DNA from: Octopus vulgaris
Lineage: Eukaryota
Assembly: GCA_951406725.2 (NCBI GenBank)
Contig: OX597832.1
Coordinates: forward strand, 36,580,001-36,644,000
Direction: 5' to 3'
DNA: 64,000 nt
In this document: piece by piece, positions 24,958-36,661 of the stretch
Position numbering within the stretch: the first letter of the stretch is position 1
Layout: every line of letters starts with the position of its first letter
Program-made: the position numbers and the translations under genes
Notes under the pieces: generated by a model
Seen by the model: only the letters and a program-made list of their open reading frames with translations
Databases searched by the model: none
Told to the model about the DNA's origin: nothing

Positions 24958-25822
24958 CAGTATACGCAGACATGACTGAATTAAATAGACGCCCTTATAA
25001 TTGTTAAAATTTATTTAAATCTGAAATTATACATTCAGATTATTTATTAATTGTTATAAAGTGAATATTTAGTAGACATGCACCTTGCATTTTTCAATGC
25101 AAGGACCCTGTTAGGCATCTTACTGATCAGATGGCAAATGTTCCCTTGAGGTGTTTCTTGCCAAGTTTCAAGCTGTAATCTCAAAAGAGCTGGCTTTGAA
25201 GATGCTTTCTTGTTCTTTTATGAAATGTCCTATCCATTATGTCCCAGAGGTGATCAGTAGGGTTCATATCTGGTGACTGGTTTGGCTATGGAATCTTTTT
25301 AATGCCATTCTCATCCAACAAATCTGGGCCATTTTAACCATGTGACATGGAGCCCCATCTTCATAAATAAAGACTTCTTTAATCATTTCACCACTGGAGA
25401 AGATTGGAAGGAGTTCTTTCTGCAATATGGATGTACATTTATCTGAGTTTATGTTTCCCTCACACTCCACCTGCTCTGATTGACCATTGCTCTGAATCGT
25501 TCCCCAGACCATCACAGAATAACTGCTGTGTTTCATTGTTGGCTGCAATCTTTTCACATCAAATTCTTGATCACGGAGTCTCGAGACCCACACTCTACTA
25601 CTGTCAGGAAATACAACAAATCTGGACTCATTGGAGAAAATGACAATGTCCCAAAATGCTAGTGGCCTCTCCACCATCTCACTGGCCCAATCTTTTCTCC
25701 ACTTGACATTGACTGGTCAAAGAAGTGGCTTGCTTCTTGCTGCTCTGCCAGAGTAACCAAGTTTGTGGAGCTACTTGACAACTGTTTTGGGACTGATAAT
25801 GTGTTCTGCTATATCATAGTCA
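24958..25822 (-). pseudogene. Tc1-family (DD34E-type) transposase relic, 5' part cut at a SINE
   Basis: ISPKTVVK*LHKLGYSGRAARSKPLL*PVNVKWRKDWA...WDIVIFSNESRF...VMVWGTI...EGNINSDK...YEDGAPCH...PNQSPDMNPTDHLWD...MSTKY. Possible terminus TA|CAGT at 24956-24961. Confidence 0.88.
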
Positions 25823-25825
25823 TAT

Positions 25826-26044
25826 TCTTTTACTTGTTTCAGCCATTTGACTATGGCCATGCTGGAGCACTGACTTGAAGGGTTTTAGTCAAGCAAATTG
25901 ACCCCAAGACTTATTTTTAAAGCCTAGAACTTATTTTATCAGACCCTTTTGCCAAACCACTAAGTTACAGGCCCTCGTAAACACACCCGCACCAGTTATC
26001 AAGCTGTGATGGGAGGACAAACACAGATATAAAGACACACACAT

Positions 26045-26092
<48 letters not shown>

Positions 26093-26255
26093 GGACACAC
26101 AACTGGCTTCTTTCAGTTTCCATCTACCAAATCTACTCATGAGGTTTTTGTCAGCCTGGAGCCATAGTAAAAGACACTTGCCCAAGGTGCCATGCAGTGG
26201 AACTGAATCCAGAACCGTGTAGCTGGGAAGCAAATTTCTTACCATACTGCTACCT
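25826..26255 (-). mobile_element. SINE family A, full length with internal microsatellite
   Basis: TTTTACTTGTTTCAG...GGCCATGCTGGAGCAC...(TA)n...GGCTTCTTTCAGTTTCC...GACACTTGCCCAAGGTGCCA...ACTGAA.CCAGAACC. Confidence 0.88.
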
Positions 26256-26324
26256 ATACGGACACACGCATGCACATACACACACACACACACACAAACA
26301 TGTATCCACCCATTTGATTGAATG

Positions 26325-26895
26325 TATCTACCAAATCCACTTACACAGCTTTGGTTGGCCTGAGGGTATAGTAGAAGGTGCTTGCTCAAGGTGCCATGAA
26401 ATGGGACTGAACTTAGAACCATTTGGTTGGGAAGCAAACCTCTTACCACCCCCAAGTTTGCACCCATATGTGTGTGTGTGTGTGTGTTGTGTGTGCATCA
26501 GAGAGAGAGAATGAGCAGACATGAAAGAAATAGTAGATTGTATGACATGTAAGTTGATGGGGGGGGGGGGGTATATTCATGTTGAGTGGTTAGGGCATGG
26601 CTATGTGGTGAGGCATCTTTTTTGTTTTTGACAATCACATAGTTATTGGTTCATTCCTTATCTGCATCACTTTGGCTGCGTGTCTTCTACTATAGCTCTG
26701 AGTTGATCTGTACCCTCTGAGTCCGGTTATCTTCCGTGTGTGTATCAAACACTAAACACATACACAATGGGCTTGTTTTAGTTTCCATCTGTTATATCTA
26801 TTCAAGGTTTTGGTTGGCTCGGGTCTGTATTAGAAGACACTTTGCCATGCAGTGCAATTTAAGCCAAACCCTCATGGTTGGTAAGTGCACTTCTT
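26325..26895. mobile_element. Cluster of partial or degraded family A SINE heads in both orientations
   Basis: TCTACCAAATCCAC...CTTGCTCAAGGTGCCA (minus, 26325-26465); GTGTCTTCTACTATAGC (plus, ~26680); AGAAGACACTTTGCC (minus, ~26835). Confidence 0.65.
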
Positions 26896-27097
26896 CATTG
26901 CATCAATGTGTATTTAAGGAAAATATTGACCGTGACTTTGAAGTTTTGCTAATTTTGGCTTCTTAAGACTGTTAAACTCTGAATTAACTGTCATTGTTTT
27001 CCTCGTTAAAATAATTTGATGCTCTACTTAAATGTATGTGGTGTTCCTTTAATAAATGTTAGACTATTTTTATGGATTATCTTTTCCCTTTTATCAC

Positions 27098-27840
27098 TTA
27101 CTTGTTTCAGTCATTAGACTGTGGCCATGCTGGGGCACTGCTTTGAAGAGTTTTAGTCAAACTTATCAACCTAAGTCTTTATTAATTGTTTTAAAGCCTA
27201 GTACTTATTTAATCAGTCTCTTTTGCTGTACTGGTTGTCAAGTGGTGGTGCGGGACAAACATAGGTATGTTAAGAAGCTTGCCTCCCAGCTACATGACCC
27301 TGGGTTCAGTCCCACAGTGTGGCACCTTGGGGGGAATGTCTTCTACTGTAGCCGCAGGTTGGTCAAAGTCTTGTGAGTGGATTTTGTAGACGGAAACCGA
27401 AAGAAGCCCATCATACTTATATATTTATGTATGTGTGTCTTTGTGTCTGTGTTTGTTCCCCCGCCATTGCTTGACAACTGATGTTGGTGTGTTTAAGTCC
27501 CCATAACTGAGTGGTTTGGCAAAAGAGATTGATACAGTAAGTACTAGGCTTACAAAGAATAATTCTTTGGGTTGATTTCTTTGACTAAAAATAAACCCCT
27601 TTGAGGCGGTGCTTCAGCATGGCCACAGTCAAACTACCAAAACAAGTAAAAGACTAAAAGAATATATACACACACACAATAAGCTTCTTTCAGTTTCCAT
27701 CTACTAAACCCACTCACAAGGTTTTGGTTGGCCTAGGGCTATAATAGAAGACACTTGCCCAAGGTGCCACACAGTGGAAGTGAACCTAGAACCATGTAAT
27801 TGGAAAAAGAACTTCTTACCACAGAACCACACCTGCATCT
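27098..27840. mobile_element. Nested family A SINEs: a plus copy (27265-27662) inside a minus copy (27098-27262 plus 27680-27840)
   Basis: The tail half and head half of a minus copy flank a complete plus copy, at the position of the internal microsatellite. Confidence 0.8.
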
Positions 27841-28614
27841 ATTGTACCTAATAAAAAAAAATGTGTGGGTAGAGAGAGAAAGAGAGAGATTAATGTGTCT
27901 ATAGTCAGCTTGATATGTTTGTATGTGTAAACTTTAGTGTGTATAAGAAATTGGACTGATAGATACACATGGTTGTGTGTCTGTGTGTATAAACTTGTAC
28001 TTGTATAATTGGATGGATAGATATATTCTGTATATAGACTTATATGTGTATAATCAGATTCATAGATTTGTATACACTTGAGGATGTTTATACAGTTAGT
28101 CTGATAGATATGTGTGAGCATGAGTGTGGTTGTGTATTCCAATGTTGGAAGGAGAGAGAGAGAGAGAAGGCTGGAAGTATTGTTGAGAGTGAAATTTGAT
28201 TGTATGTGGATGTTTCTGAAATAGCTGCACATTAGTTTATTAATTACATAGCATTCTATGCAAGCAGGTTTTTCTCATGCATTGTGATGATCACAGTATG
28301 AATTACCAAAGTCTCAGTAGTTCCTGCTAAATCAAATAGAATCTTATAATTACAATTGTGATGCCAGTAATTATAGTTGTGACACAGCTCTGCAGTATTT
28401 TCTACCATTTCTATTGCTTTCCTCAACATTTTCCCAAAGTTTACATTGATCACAGAATTCTTGGATTGTTTGACTTTCTAGCAGCATTGTGGTAGTGTGA
28501 TGATGTGAGTTGGGGGTGTTGTATTATGTGCATTAGCCTGGAGTGCTCTAGTGTTGTGTTGTATCATATCCATTATAAACGTGTGTGTGTGGGGGTGTGT
28601 GTTTATTTATTGAT

Positions 28615-28915
28615 ATAGGTGCAGGTATGGCTGTGTGGTAAGAAGCTTGCTTCCTTCCCAACTGTATAGTTCTGGGTTCAGTCCCACTGTGTGGCACATT
28701 GGGCAAGTGTCTCCTGCTACAGCATCAGGCTGACCAAAGCCTTGTGAGTGGATTTGGTGAATGGAAACTGAAAGAAGCCTGTCATATATATTGTGTGGGG
28801 GTGTTTTTGTATCTGTTTACATTCCTATCCTGGGGTTGATTTATTCCACTGAAAAACCCTTCAAGGCAGTGCCCCAACATGGCCACAGTCAAATGACAGT
28901 AACACGTAAAAGATA
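28615..28915 (+). mobile_element. SINE family A (internal deletion)
   Basis: GGCTGTGTGGTAAGAAGCTTGCTTCC...GGGTTCAGTCCCACTG..TGGCAC.TTGGGCAAGTGTCT...CATGGCCACAGTCAAATGAC. Confidence 0.85.
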
Positions 28916-29269
28916 TATGTATATCACTCTGGAAAAGAAAGAAGTGTAATACCCATGACCATTTATTTCTTTTCAGAGCATCCAGAACTATTGGGAGAGG
29001 AAGGTATCCTCAAACAAGTGCCCTGTCTGGTTGCTTGTAACAATGGGCATGGGGATGGGTCTCTTACTAAAAGCACTCCACAAGAGGATCAGTTGTAATG
29101 TTAAACTGGGGGTATGTTTTAAGTCTGCCAATTTAGAACTTCCACTAGGCATCTGATCCAGTCTTTTGCCAATCCACTTCACTGTCAGTTATTTTCTTTT
29201 TTTATTGACTTCCAAAAGATAAAAAAGGCAAAGTTGACTTTAATGAGATGTGACTCCCCTAACTGCCAA

Positions 29270-29735
29270 CATAAGAAAAAGAATATGCTTAGAGAACTTT
29301 ATCATAGAAAACAAAAAAGCAATATGTGTATTTTTAACCAAGCAGCTACCGGTTTCTGTCATTTAAGATGACATCTTCATGCTGCAATAAAATGGAAAAA
29401 AATGAAAAAAAAAAATTGAAATAAATTTCATAATATCAGTTGTTCTGGTTGTTGCTAGTTGCAGCCATGACTACCCTCAAACAACGATCAGGACAGAAAA
29501 TATAGCACAGTGTGATCTTTCTGAGGAAAATATATGAACTTCCAGAACTGATATTATGAATGTTCAATTGAATTTATTTCAGTTTTTTTCTCTCTATTTT
29601 TTTTTCCCCATTTTATTCAGGCATAAATATGGTCATCCTAATTGACAGAAATAGATAATTGCTTCGTTAAAAATATACATATTGTCTTTCTGTTTTCCAT
29701 GATAAAATTCTCCAAGCATTTTCTTCTTATTTTGT
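29270..29735. mobile_element. Fold-back element with ~175-nt imperfect inverted arms containing a hammerhead-like motif
   Basis: 29270-29445 is the degenerate reverse complement of ~29545-29735 (e.g. TTCATAATATCAGTT / AACTGATATTATGAA; TTTATCATAGAAAACA / TGTTTTCCATGATAAA). Confidence 0.75.
29342..29385 (-). ncRNA. Minimal type-I hammerhead-ribozyme-like motif (first core C replaced by A)
   Basis: Minus strand: GCAGC-ATGAAGA-TGTCAT(CTTAA)ATGACA-GAAAC(CG)GTA-GCTGC. Stem I 5 bp, stem II 6 bp, palindromic ACCGGT at stem III, GUA triplet. Confidence 0.6.
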
Positions 29736-29789
29736 CAATATATATTTACTCATGTGTAAACTCATAAATTTGTAATCTATTTTCTACCT

Positions 29790-30008
29790 ATTTCAGTCAT
29801 TAGACTATGGCCATGCTGGGGCACTACCTTGAGGAATTTCTTAGTTCTATGAATTGACCTCAGTACTTATTTTCTGTTAAGTTTGGTACTTAACAGTTTG
29901 GCAAAAATTGATGGATAGAAATCCATCACTTTTTGCTGAACTGTTAAGTTACAGGGATGTAAACATAGCAGTACTGGCTGTCAAGCGGTGGTGGGGGACA
30001 GACACACA

Positions 30009-30044
<36 letters not shown>

Positions 30045-30203
30045 TATATGACAAGCTTCTTTCAGTCTCAGTCTACCAAATCCAGTCACAAATCTTTGGT
30101 TATAGTAGAAGACACTTGCTCAAAGTGCCATGCAGTGGGACTGAACCTGGAACCATGTGATTGGAAAGCAAGCTTCTTCCCACACAGTTGCACTTGTGCC
30201 TTT
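29790..30203 (-). mobile_element. SINE family A
   Basis: Same tail, internal (CA)n and head motifs as 25826-26255. Confidence 0.85.
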
Positions 30204-31166
30204 ATATTTCATATTAAAATTATGAAATGTGGATGAGTGCAGTGTTTACATTTGTCCAAATTAGCTTCAAATACTGCAATTTGCTTCTCCCAACACCCAG
30301 AGTCCTAGACTTAATGTTACCAAATCAACAGGGACAAGGGACTGGAATGTGTATAATGATAATTTCACATGGATTGAGGTCAGTTTTTCTTTAATCATTA
30401 GTTGTCATTATTGCATTCACTAAGTGGTTATTACATTCAGTAGTGTTATTACAACATTTCCTTCAGGTTAGATTCTTGGGATTTGATTGACTCTTTTACC
30501 AGACTGTAATAATCAATTATATGTATCTCATCACATTCATTCTGCCAGTTCAATGTGAGCTCTTACCTTTGACATAGAATATGTAGGTCACTCTGTCCCA
30601 TCGTGGGCCATAGCTGAGGGAGAGAGAGATGGTGACAGATTAACATTGTCTGCGAAAAAATTTTGTTTTTGTTATTTAAAGGTGGAAGATGTGTGTGTGT
30701 GTGTGTGTGTGTGAAAGAGAGAGAGAAGAAAGTGAGGGAGAGGAAGTCTCTCTCTAGTGTTGGTATGTATGTTTGTGTATGTTGCTGGAAGCATGTATGC
30801 GTATGGCAGGGAACCCTATTCTATATATGAAGAGTAAGCATGTGTTTATGACTAACTCATGATTGTGTATTGTGTGTGGTATGTATATGCTTATGTGTAA
30901 CTGCTGTTGATAATGTTGGTGGTGGTGGTGTGTGTGTGTGTATGTCTGTGAAAAAGTCTGCTATTCCCTTCAAATTTCCATGCTTTTATCAAAGTGTTTC
31001 CAAGTTTCCTGCCCTCCAAAAGTAACCTTTAATGGCATTGGGTTCCTGGCAGACCACTTATTACCATTCTATTGAATGTCTTTGTGTGAATCTATCTGGC
31101 AATAAGTCTTGAAGTTGCTATATACATACATATATAAGTATGTATATACCCGTTTTAGATGTATAA

Positions 31167-31201
<35 letters not shown>

Positions 31202-32567
31202 CCTTACCTAACCCCTTCATATACACAAGTATTATAGTCAGTTACTTGACCTTTTGTGATCAGAAGTGTCCATCAATTAATGGACAGCCCCATTGATCTC
31301 AGAGAGGTTTTAGGGAATGGAATTGGAGGTGACTATCCCTTTCCTGTGGGCATTCAAAGCATAGGTGGAATTGCTGAAATTGAGAATCAAACTTAATTTC
31401 CAGATCAGCAAATATACCCTCTGCACTAAGGTAATCCTATGGTTTTTCATCAACAGCAGTTTTGTGCCTTTATTTCTATGCTGGCATGGATTGGATAAGA
31501 CTTTTAGACAGTTGGATGCCCTTCATGATGCCAACCCTTTTAGTCCCATCCTACAATACACGCGCGCGCACACACACACACGCACACACATGTACGTATG
31601 TGTATGTGTGTAAGTACATGTGTAAGTCTTTCATTTAACAGATTTTTTTTTAAAATTTTGGTTGGTTTTTGATTTTCTTTCTTTTATTTTTCTTATAAAT
31701 GAGCAAATGTGCTGCATCAAAGATTAACAACCTACATTGTATTCTCAACCATGTTAATGGTAAATGGAGTGCCAGCCGTACAGAGATTCTATATTCATGC
31801 ATATACACTGTTTCCTTACAAGGTCCACAACATGTGCCAAAGTAAGCATATTGTCTTACTGAAGTGGAATCATTCATCCTCATCCTTTGACATGGTTGAA
31901 CAATAATTGGTCAGGATTCACAGTACAGTCGACTTCCAAACATGACTCTGCTGTTTGATTTGTTGTGCTATCATTTCAGTAACTGAATACAAGAATGTGA
32001 CTTGCGAGACCTTCATATGGGTGATTTTTTTACTGAGTCACCATCTCACCCTTGTAACTTTCTTTCATTCCATTGACCTTTCTGTGTATGAGCTAGTCAT
32101 CCCCGCTTCACTTCCATTTCCATTTCCTACACAATATCAGATGGCTGTTGACTCTCCTGAGTTCTTCTGCCCTTCATTGGATTTTGCTTCTTATTCTGCT
32201 GGGTGGCATTCAATAATCACCCTCCTTACCAAGTAAGGTTGGTGTGGGTTGTCACTTTAGTCACCAATGACCCAAAGACCCAACAAGCAGTGCATTGGGT
32301 TACGTGTTACCAGTAGCACACAAGAGTAACCTGACATAGATACTGTACAAAGATATTTCAAGACATTTTTATAATACTGAGACATGTCTATCAGTAAATA
32401 TTATGGAATTGTTTGTCTGAAATACACAAACTGTATATTACAACTACCCCTAATTATCTTTCCACTTGAAGATCCACTTAACAAGATAAATGTTTATTAT
32501 TAATCTAGTAGCCCCTTATCTCTATCCCCTTCCACACTCACACACACAACAGTTGTGTCCTTCATAT

Positions 32568-32815
32568 TCCTACCAGTTCAAATATGCTTGGAACATATTT
32601 GAACCCGTTAGAAAGCCATTCACTGTATTTTGTCTTGGAGAAAATTTCTTGCTGTATGCAAACGGTGTAAATATGTAAAATAGGTGTTTTGTGGTGATTT
32701 TAGGTGTTTTTATACTTTTTGTCTATAGTGAGAAATTTTCTCCAAGAAAAATGAACAGTGAATATGTCTTTCTCACAGATTTGAATATGCACCAAGCATA
32801 TTTGGACTGGAATAA
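32568..32815. mobile_element. MITE-like inverted-repeat element
   Basis: CCAGTTCAAATATGCTTGG...CATTCACTGT...TCTTGGAGAAAATTTCT vs AGAAATTTTCTCCAAGA...ACAGTGAAT...CCAAGCATATTTGGACTGG. Confidence 0.7.
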
Positions 32816-33293
32816 CCGTGTATTAATATACATTCCTGCTTAGCACTACCATCCTGCAACTCTTACCGGTTCCCCGACTATTTGCAGCGTGGTACAAGTG
32901 AGGTTACAACCGATAAGTTGGAATATAGAGTTGTTGTTAGATAATTGAGTCTTGTCTTGTCTTAGAACTGTCCACTGGTTGAGCAGTGTCAGGGTGCCAG
33001 TAAGGGGCAGCAATCTGAATCCTGAAGATTCTCATTGGTACTGCTTTTCAGTTAAGAATGTTGCTATAGTGACTATAACAATATACTCTATACAACAAAT
33101 CATCTTTTAGCCCAGAAACTTAATAACTAATGCCTATAAAAATTTATGTAAATAATATTATCATTTAACATTAAAAATCATAATTAGTAATTAATTTAAT
33201 GATGAAGGAATTAACTAATTATTTGAGTGAATATCTCAATGCCACATTTTCTGCCTTTTATTTAATGTTGTTTTATTGTTGTTGTTTGTACAG

Positions 33294-33509
33294 AAAACTC
33301 TATCCCCAACTGAAGAGGAACTTCCACCTCCCCCACCGGAGTTGGCTGAAAATAACCAAAGTGGCAACCATCGCACAGCTACGCCACCAGTCAACAATGC
33401 CGACCAGTCTGTTGCAGTTCCTGCAAGTAGTCATAATAATGCCATAACAGTTGCCACGGCATCTATCAACAAATCTCTTGATATTGACGATGTCGATGCC
33501 AAAGAGCAT
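33294..33509 (+). CDS. Internal coding exon (72 codons, phase 0/0) of an unidentified host gene; Pro-rich, probably disordered: KTLSPTEEELPPPPPELAENNQSG...SLDIDDVDAKEH
   Basis: T-rich tract plus TACAG acceptor (33291-33293). Open frame of 216 nt with raised GC/CpG. CAT|GTGAGT donor at 33510. Confidence 0.85.
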
Positions 33510-33567
33510 GTGAGTTTTAACAATTTTCTTTTAATTTTTACCTTTTACTAATATTTTATATTATCCT

Positions 33568-33785
33568 AAGGCAGTGAGTTGGTAGAATCGTTAGCACGCC
33601 AGGCAAAATGCTTAGCAGCATTTCGTCTGTCTTTACATTCTGAGTTCAAGTGCTGCCAAGGTCGACTTTACCTTTCATCCTTTCGGGGTTGATAAAATAA
33701 GTACCAGTTGAATACTTGGGTCGATGTAATCGACTTACTCCCTCCCCGAAATTGCTGGCCTTGTGCCAAAACTTGAAATCAATAT
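33568..33785 (+). mobile_element. SINE family B, well-preserved copy
   Basis: AAGGCAGTGAGTTGGTAGAATCGTTAGCACGCC...GGTCGACTTTACCTTTCATCCTTTCGGGGTTGATAAAATAAGTACCAG...GCTGGCCTTGTGCCAAAA. Confidence 0.9.
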
Positions 33786-33819
33786 TTTATATTTTTCTTC
33801 TTGGTTTTGTTTCTTTTGT

Positions 33820-33963
33820 TGTAAATATGTAAAATAAGTGTTTTCTGGTAATTTTAGGTGTTTTTATACCATGTCTTTCTCACTGGTTTGAATATGCCCC
33901 AAGCATATTTGGACTGGAATAACCTTGTATTAATACACATTCCTGCTTAGCACTACCACCCTG
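33820..33963 (+). repeat. Direct duplicate of 32666-32856 (with ~48-nt deletion)
   Basis: TGTAAATATGTAAAATA.GTGTTTT.TGGT.ATTTTAGGTGTTTTTATAC and CCAAGCATATTTGGACTGGAATAACC.TGTATTAATA.ACATTCCTGCTTAGCACTACCA occur at both sites. Confidence 0.9.
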
Positions 33964-36584
33964 TGAGGGTTTTGGAAGTTATCCTTTCACTTATACTTAT
34001 ATTTAGTAAATATACATATTTTCAGAATATTTGAAAATTGGAAAATTTTTTAGCATGTGCAAATGCCATTATCTTCCAAAACCTATTTGTTAAAAACACC
34101 TTGGTGAAACTGGATCAAAACCAGTCAAAATTTGAAAGCAGCGCACTGATATCCTGTTCCTTTGTACTTTTTACTTATTTTATAAACTATATTCCTGTCA
34201 TTTAAATAAGCACAATTATATTAAATGTTTTCGATGTAAATTAAGTGGAAATGGTATAATTTTTCATTGAACTTCAATAAAAATGGCAGCATCCTTTGAG
34301 AGTAAAATTATTCTTGGACTTATTGCATAAATATGCCAATTTAAACTTTGTACTTATTAAGTACTACATTTCACTTGGCCTAACAATTAAAGAATAAATC
34401 CTATGTTTATTTTTGTACCAAATACTGAAACTTAATTATTATAAATAATATCATAAATATGTCTGCTTAATACCAAATTTAGGTCTCTGAATTGTATTAG
34501 GTAAAATTGGTGAAATATATTAAAATTTGATAAATTAATGGAATTAGGAATTAAATATTTATCATCAACCAATTTTTTATGTGAAAAATATTTATTTTTA
34601 TTTAAATGACTTTTAACAGTGATTATTCTTATTTGAACATCAATGGAACAAAAAGTCCTAATGTGGTTTTCGGTTTTGGTAGTTTGACATTTCAAAAAAG
34701 TATTTTAACATCATTGCTTACTGTTATTGTCCTGCTCGCATTTTTATCGCCCTCCGCTTGATCATGTCTGGATGTAGCAAGCACCACAAACGACTGGGCA
34801 AGGAAGATGCCAAGCATCACCAAGCTTTGTGTGTCATAGCTGTGTCAACCACATCTTGGCCTGATCTATGAGGAGATTTGCACCAGTGCGTATATATGTT
34901 AAAGGAGTTGTGTTGGCGGTGGTGTTTAAGTTGCACTTAAACACTTGTTGTAATGCTGAGTGGTCACATAGGAAGTCACAACGGAGACCAAAGTTATTTC
35001 ATACCTGATTCATTTAACCCTTTCCTTGCCTGTGTATCGAAATACAGGGACAGTATAGTTCTGCTGGAGACAATTTAGAGTGGCAGGAGTATAGGAACAT
35101 AGATTTATTGATTGATTAAAGATTACATTTCTTAAGACACCTACTTACGAACAGCTTTTTTTCTTCTCTCTCGTTTTCTCCTCTGTCGTCTTATCTCTCG
35201 TTCCCTACTTTCCTCTTACCTTCCGAATATTGTTCATCATTCGTGTTACTCTCTTTTTCTCATAGTTCCTGCTTCCCTATGTCTCTCCCTACCTCTATGC
35301 CTTCTGTGCGCCGTTAACATCTTGTAGTTAACAGCTAAGGTGTTCAGTCATGTATTGTGATACAGCTTCAAACGTAGAACTCTGGTCACATTGTATACTC
35401 GCTACAAAATAGCGGCATTTGTAAACATCATTATCATTGCCATCAATTTCTATCATTCTTTATCGATAAAGTTGCTTACTGCCAAGGGAGATAACTCTAG
35501 AGCTCTTTTGACATTTATCTCCCTTTACATTAAACTGTTGCTGCTTTCCATAAGCTTCACTGTGTGTGTGTTACGACTTTATATCTTTGATTATTTATTG
35601 GTGTGATTATTTCTTCGTATATTTTGCTGAAATTTTCTTGTTTGCATCATCCTGTCTGACATTCTTTGACAATTTAATCTCTATATATAATCTAGATTTG
35701 CGTGTGCATGTGCGTCGTCGTACGAATGTTTCGTTATATAATATTTTTTAATATTTTCCACATGTCCCCTGATATCCACCGTTTAATGTTTTTATATCAT
35801 TATTGGAACGCTCTGGTCTGTGGTTAAATACCAATATACAGATCTGCAACACAACTGCTGTCTGGACAAGCTGCCAAGGGATCACACTGTACTGTTTGAG
35901 ACAGATGGATTGGTTACGGCTAGAATATAGTTAATTATAGATGTGCTTGATTAAAGTTGACCTTCGATTAAAGAACACTTACAATTACTGGCGGGCGTGT
36001 GATCCTTAACTAGTATATTCTAATATCCCAGTTGGTGTGCATATTTCTCACACTGTTGTTGGAAATTGGTGAGGATAATAATGAGCAAAATTCTCTTGTT
36101 GCCTGTTCTCCTCGGTACAGCCGCCAAATGTCCCTTAAATCACACATTACTGTATTAAGGAAGAACACATCAGACAAGGTAATTCTAGATTACACGTCAG
36201 GGTGGATGTATAAAAGCGCTAAAATGTAATTGATGTTGTGGGGCTCTTTAACCAGGATTGACCTGGTGTTAAACAATAACAGCTGATCCTTACAACACCG
36301 TTTCAGTGTATATCTGCTCTAACACTCTAATCAGGTTTACAATACAACAACCGTGACTTACGTCTTCTGTGGCAGATTAAGCTTCGCTACACAATTGATA
36401 ATTGTGTTGTGCACCTGTTCTAGCTAATTGGCCAAGTCTTGACAAAAATTGTGCATAGTTTCTCTTAGACTATCCCTTTCTATTTCATCAGGCTCACCAC
36501 CATGCGCACATATGCCAAACCCCTAATCTTGACCGTTTACCTTTCATTGTATACTAGGTGTAGTTCATACCCATAGCAAATCCC

Positions 36585-36659
<75 letters not shown>

Positions 36660-36661
<2 letters not shown>

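Noticed and set aside
33294-33509. Assigning a gene symbol (e.g. dlg1) to the host exon
   Set aside because: Only a loose architectural resemblance; no conserved domain lies in the window.
33568-33660. tRNA-like A/B boxes in SINE heads
   Set aside because: No complete cloverleaf, and each continues into SINE body sequence, so these are not tRNA genes.
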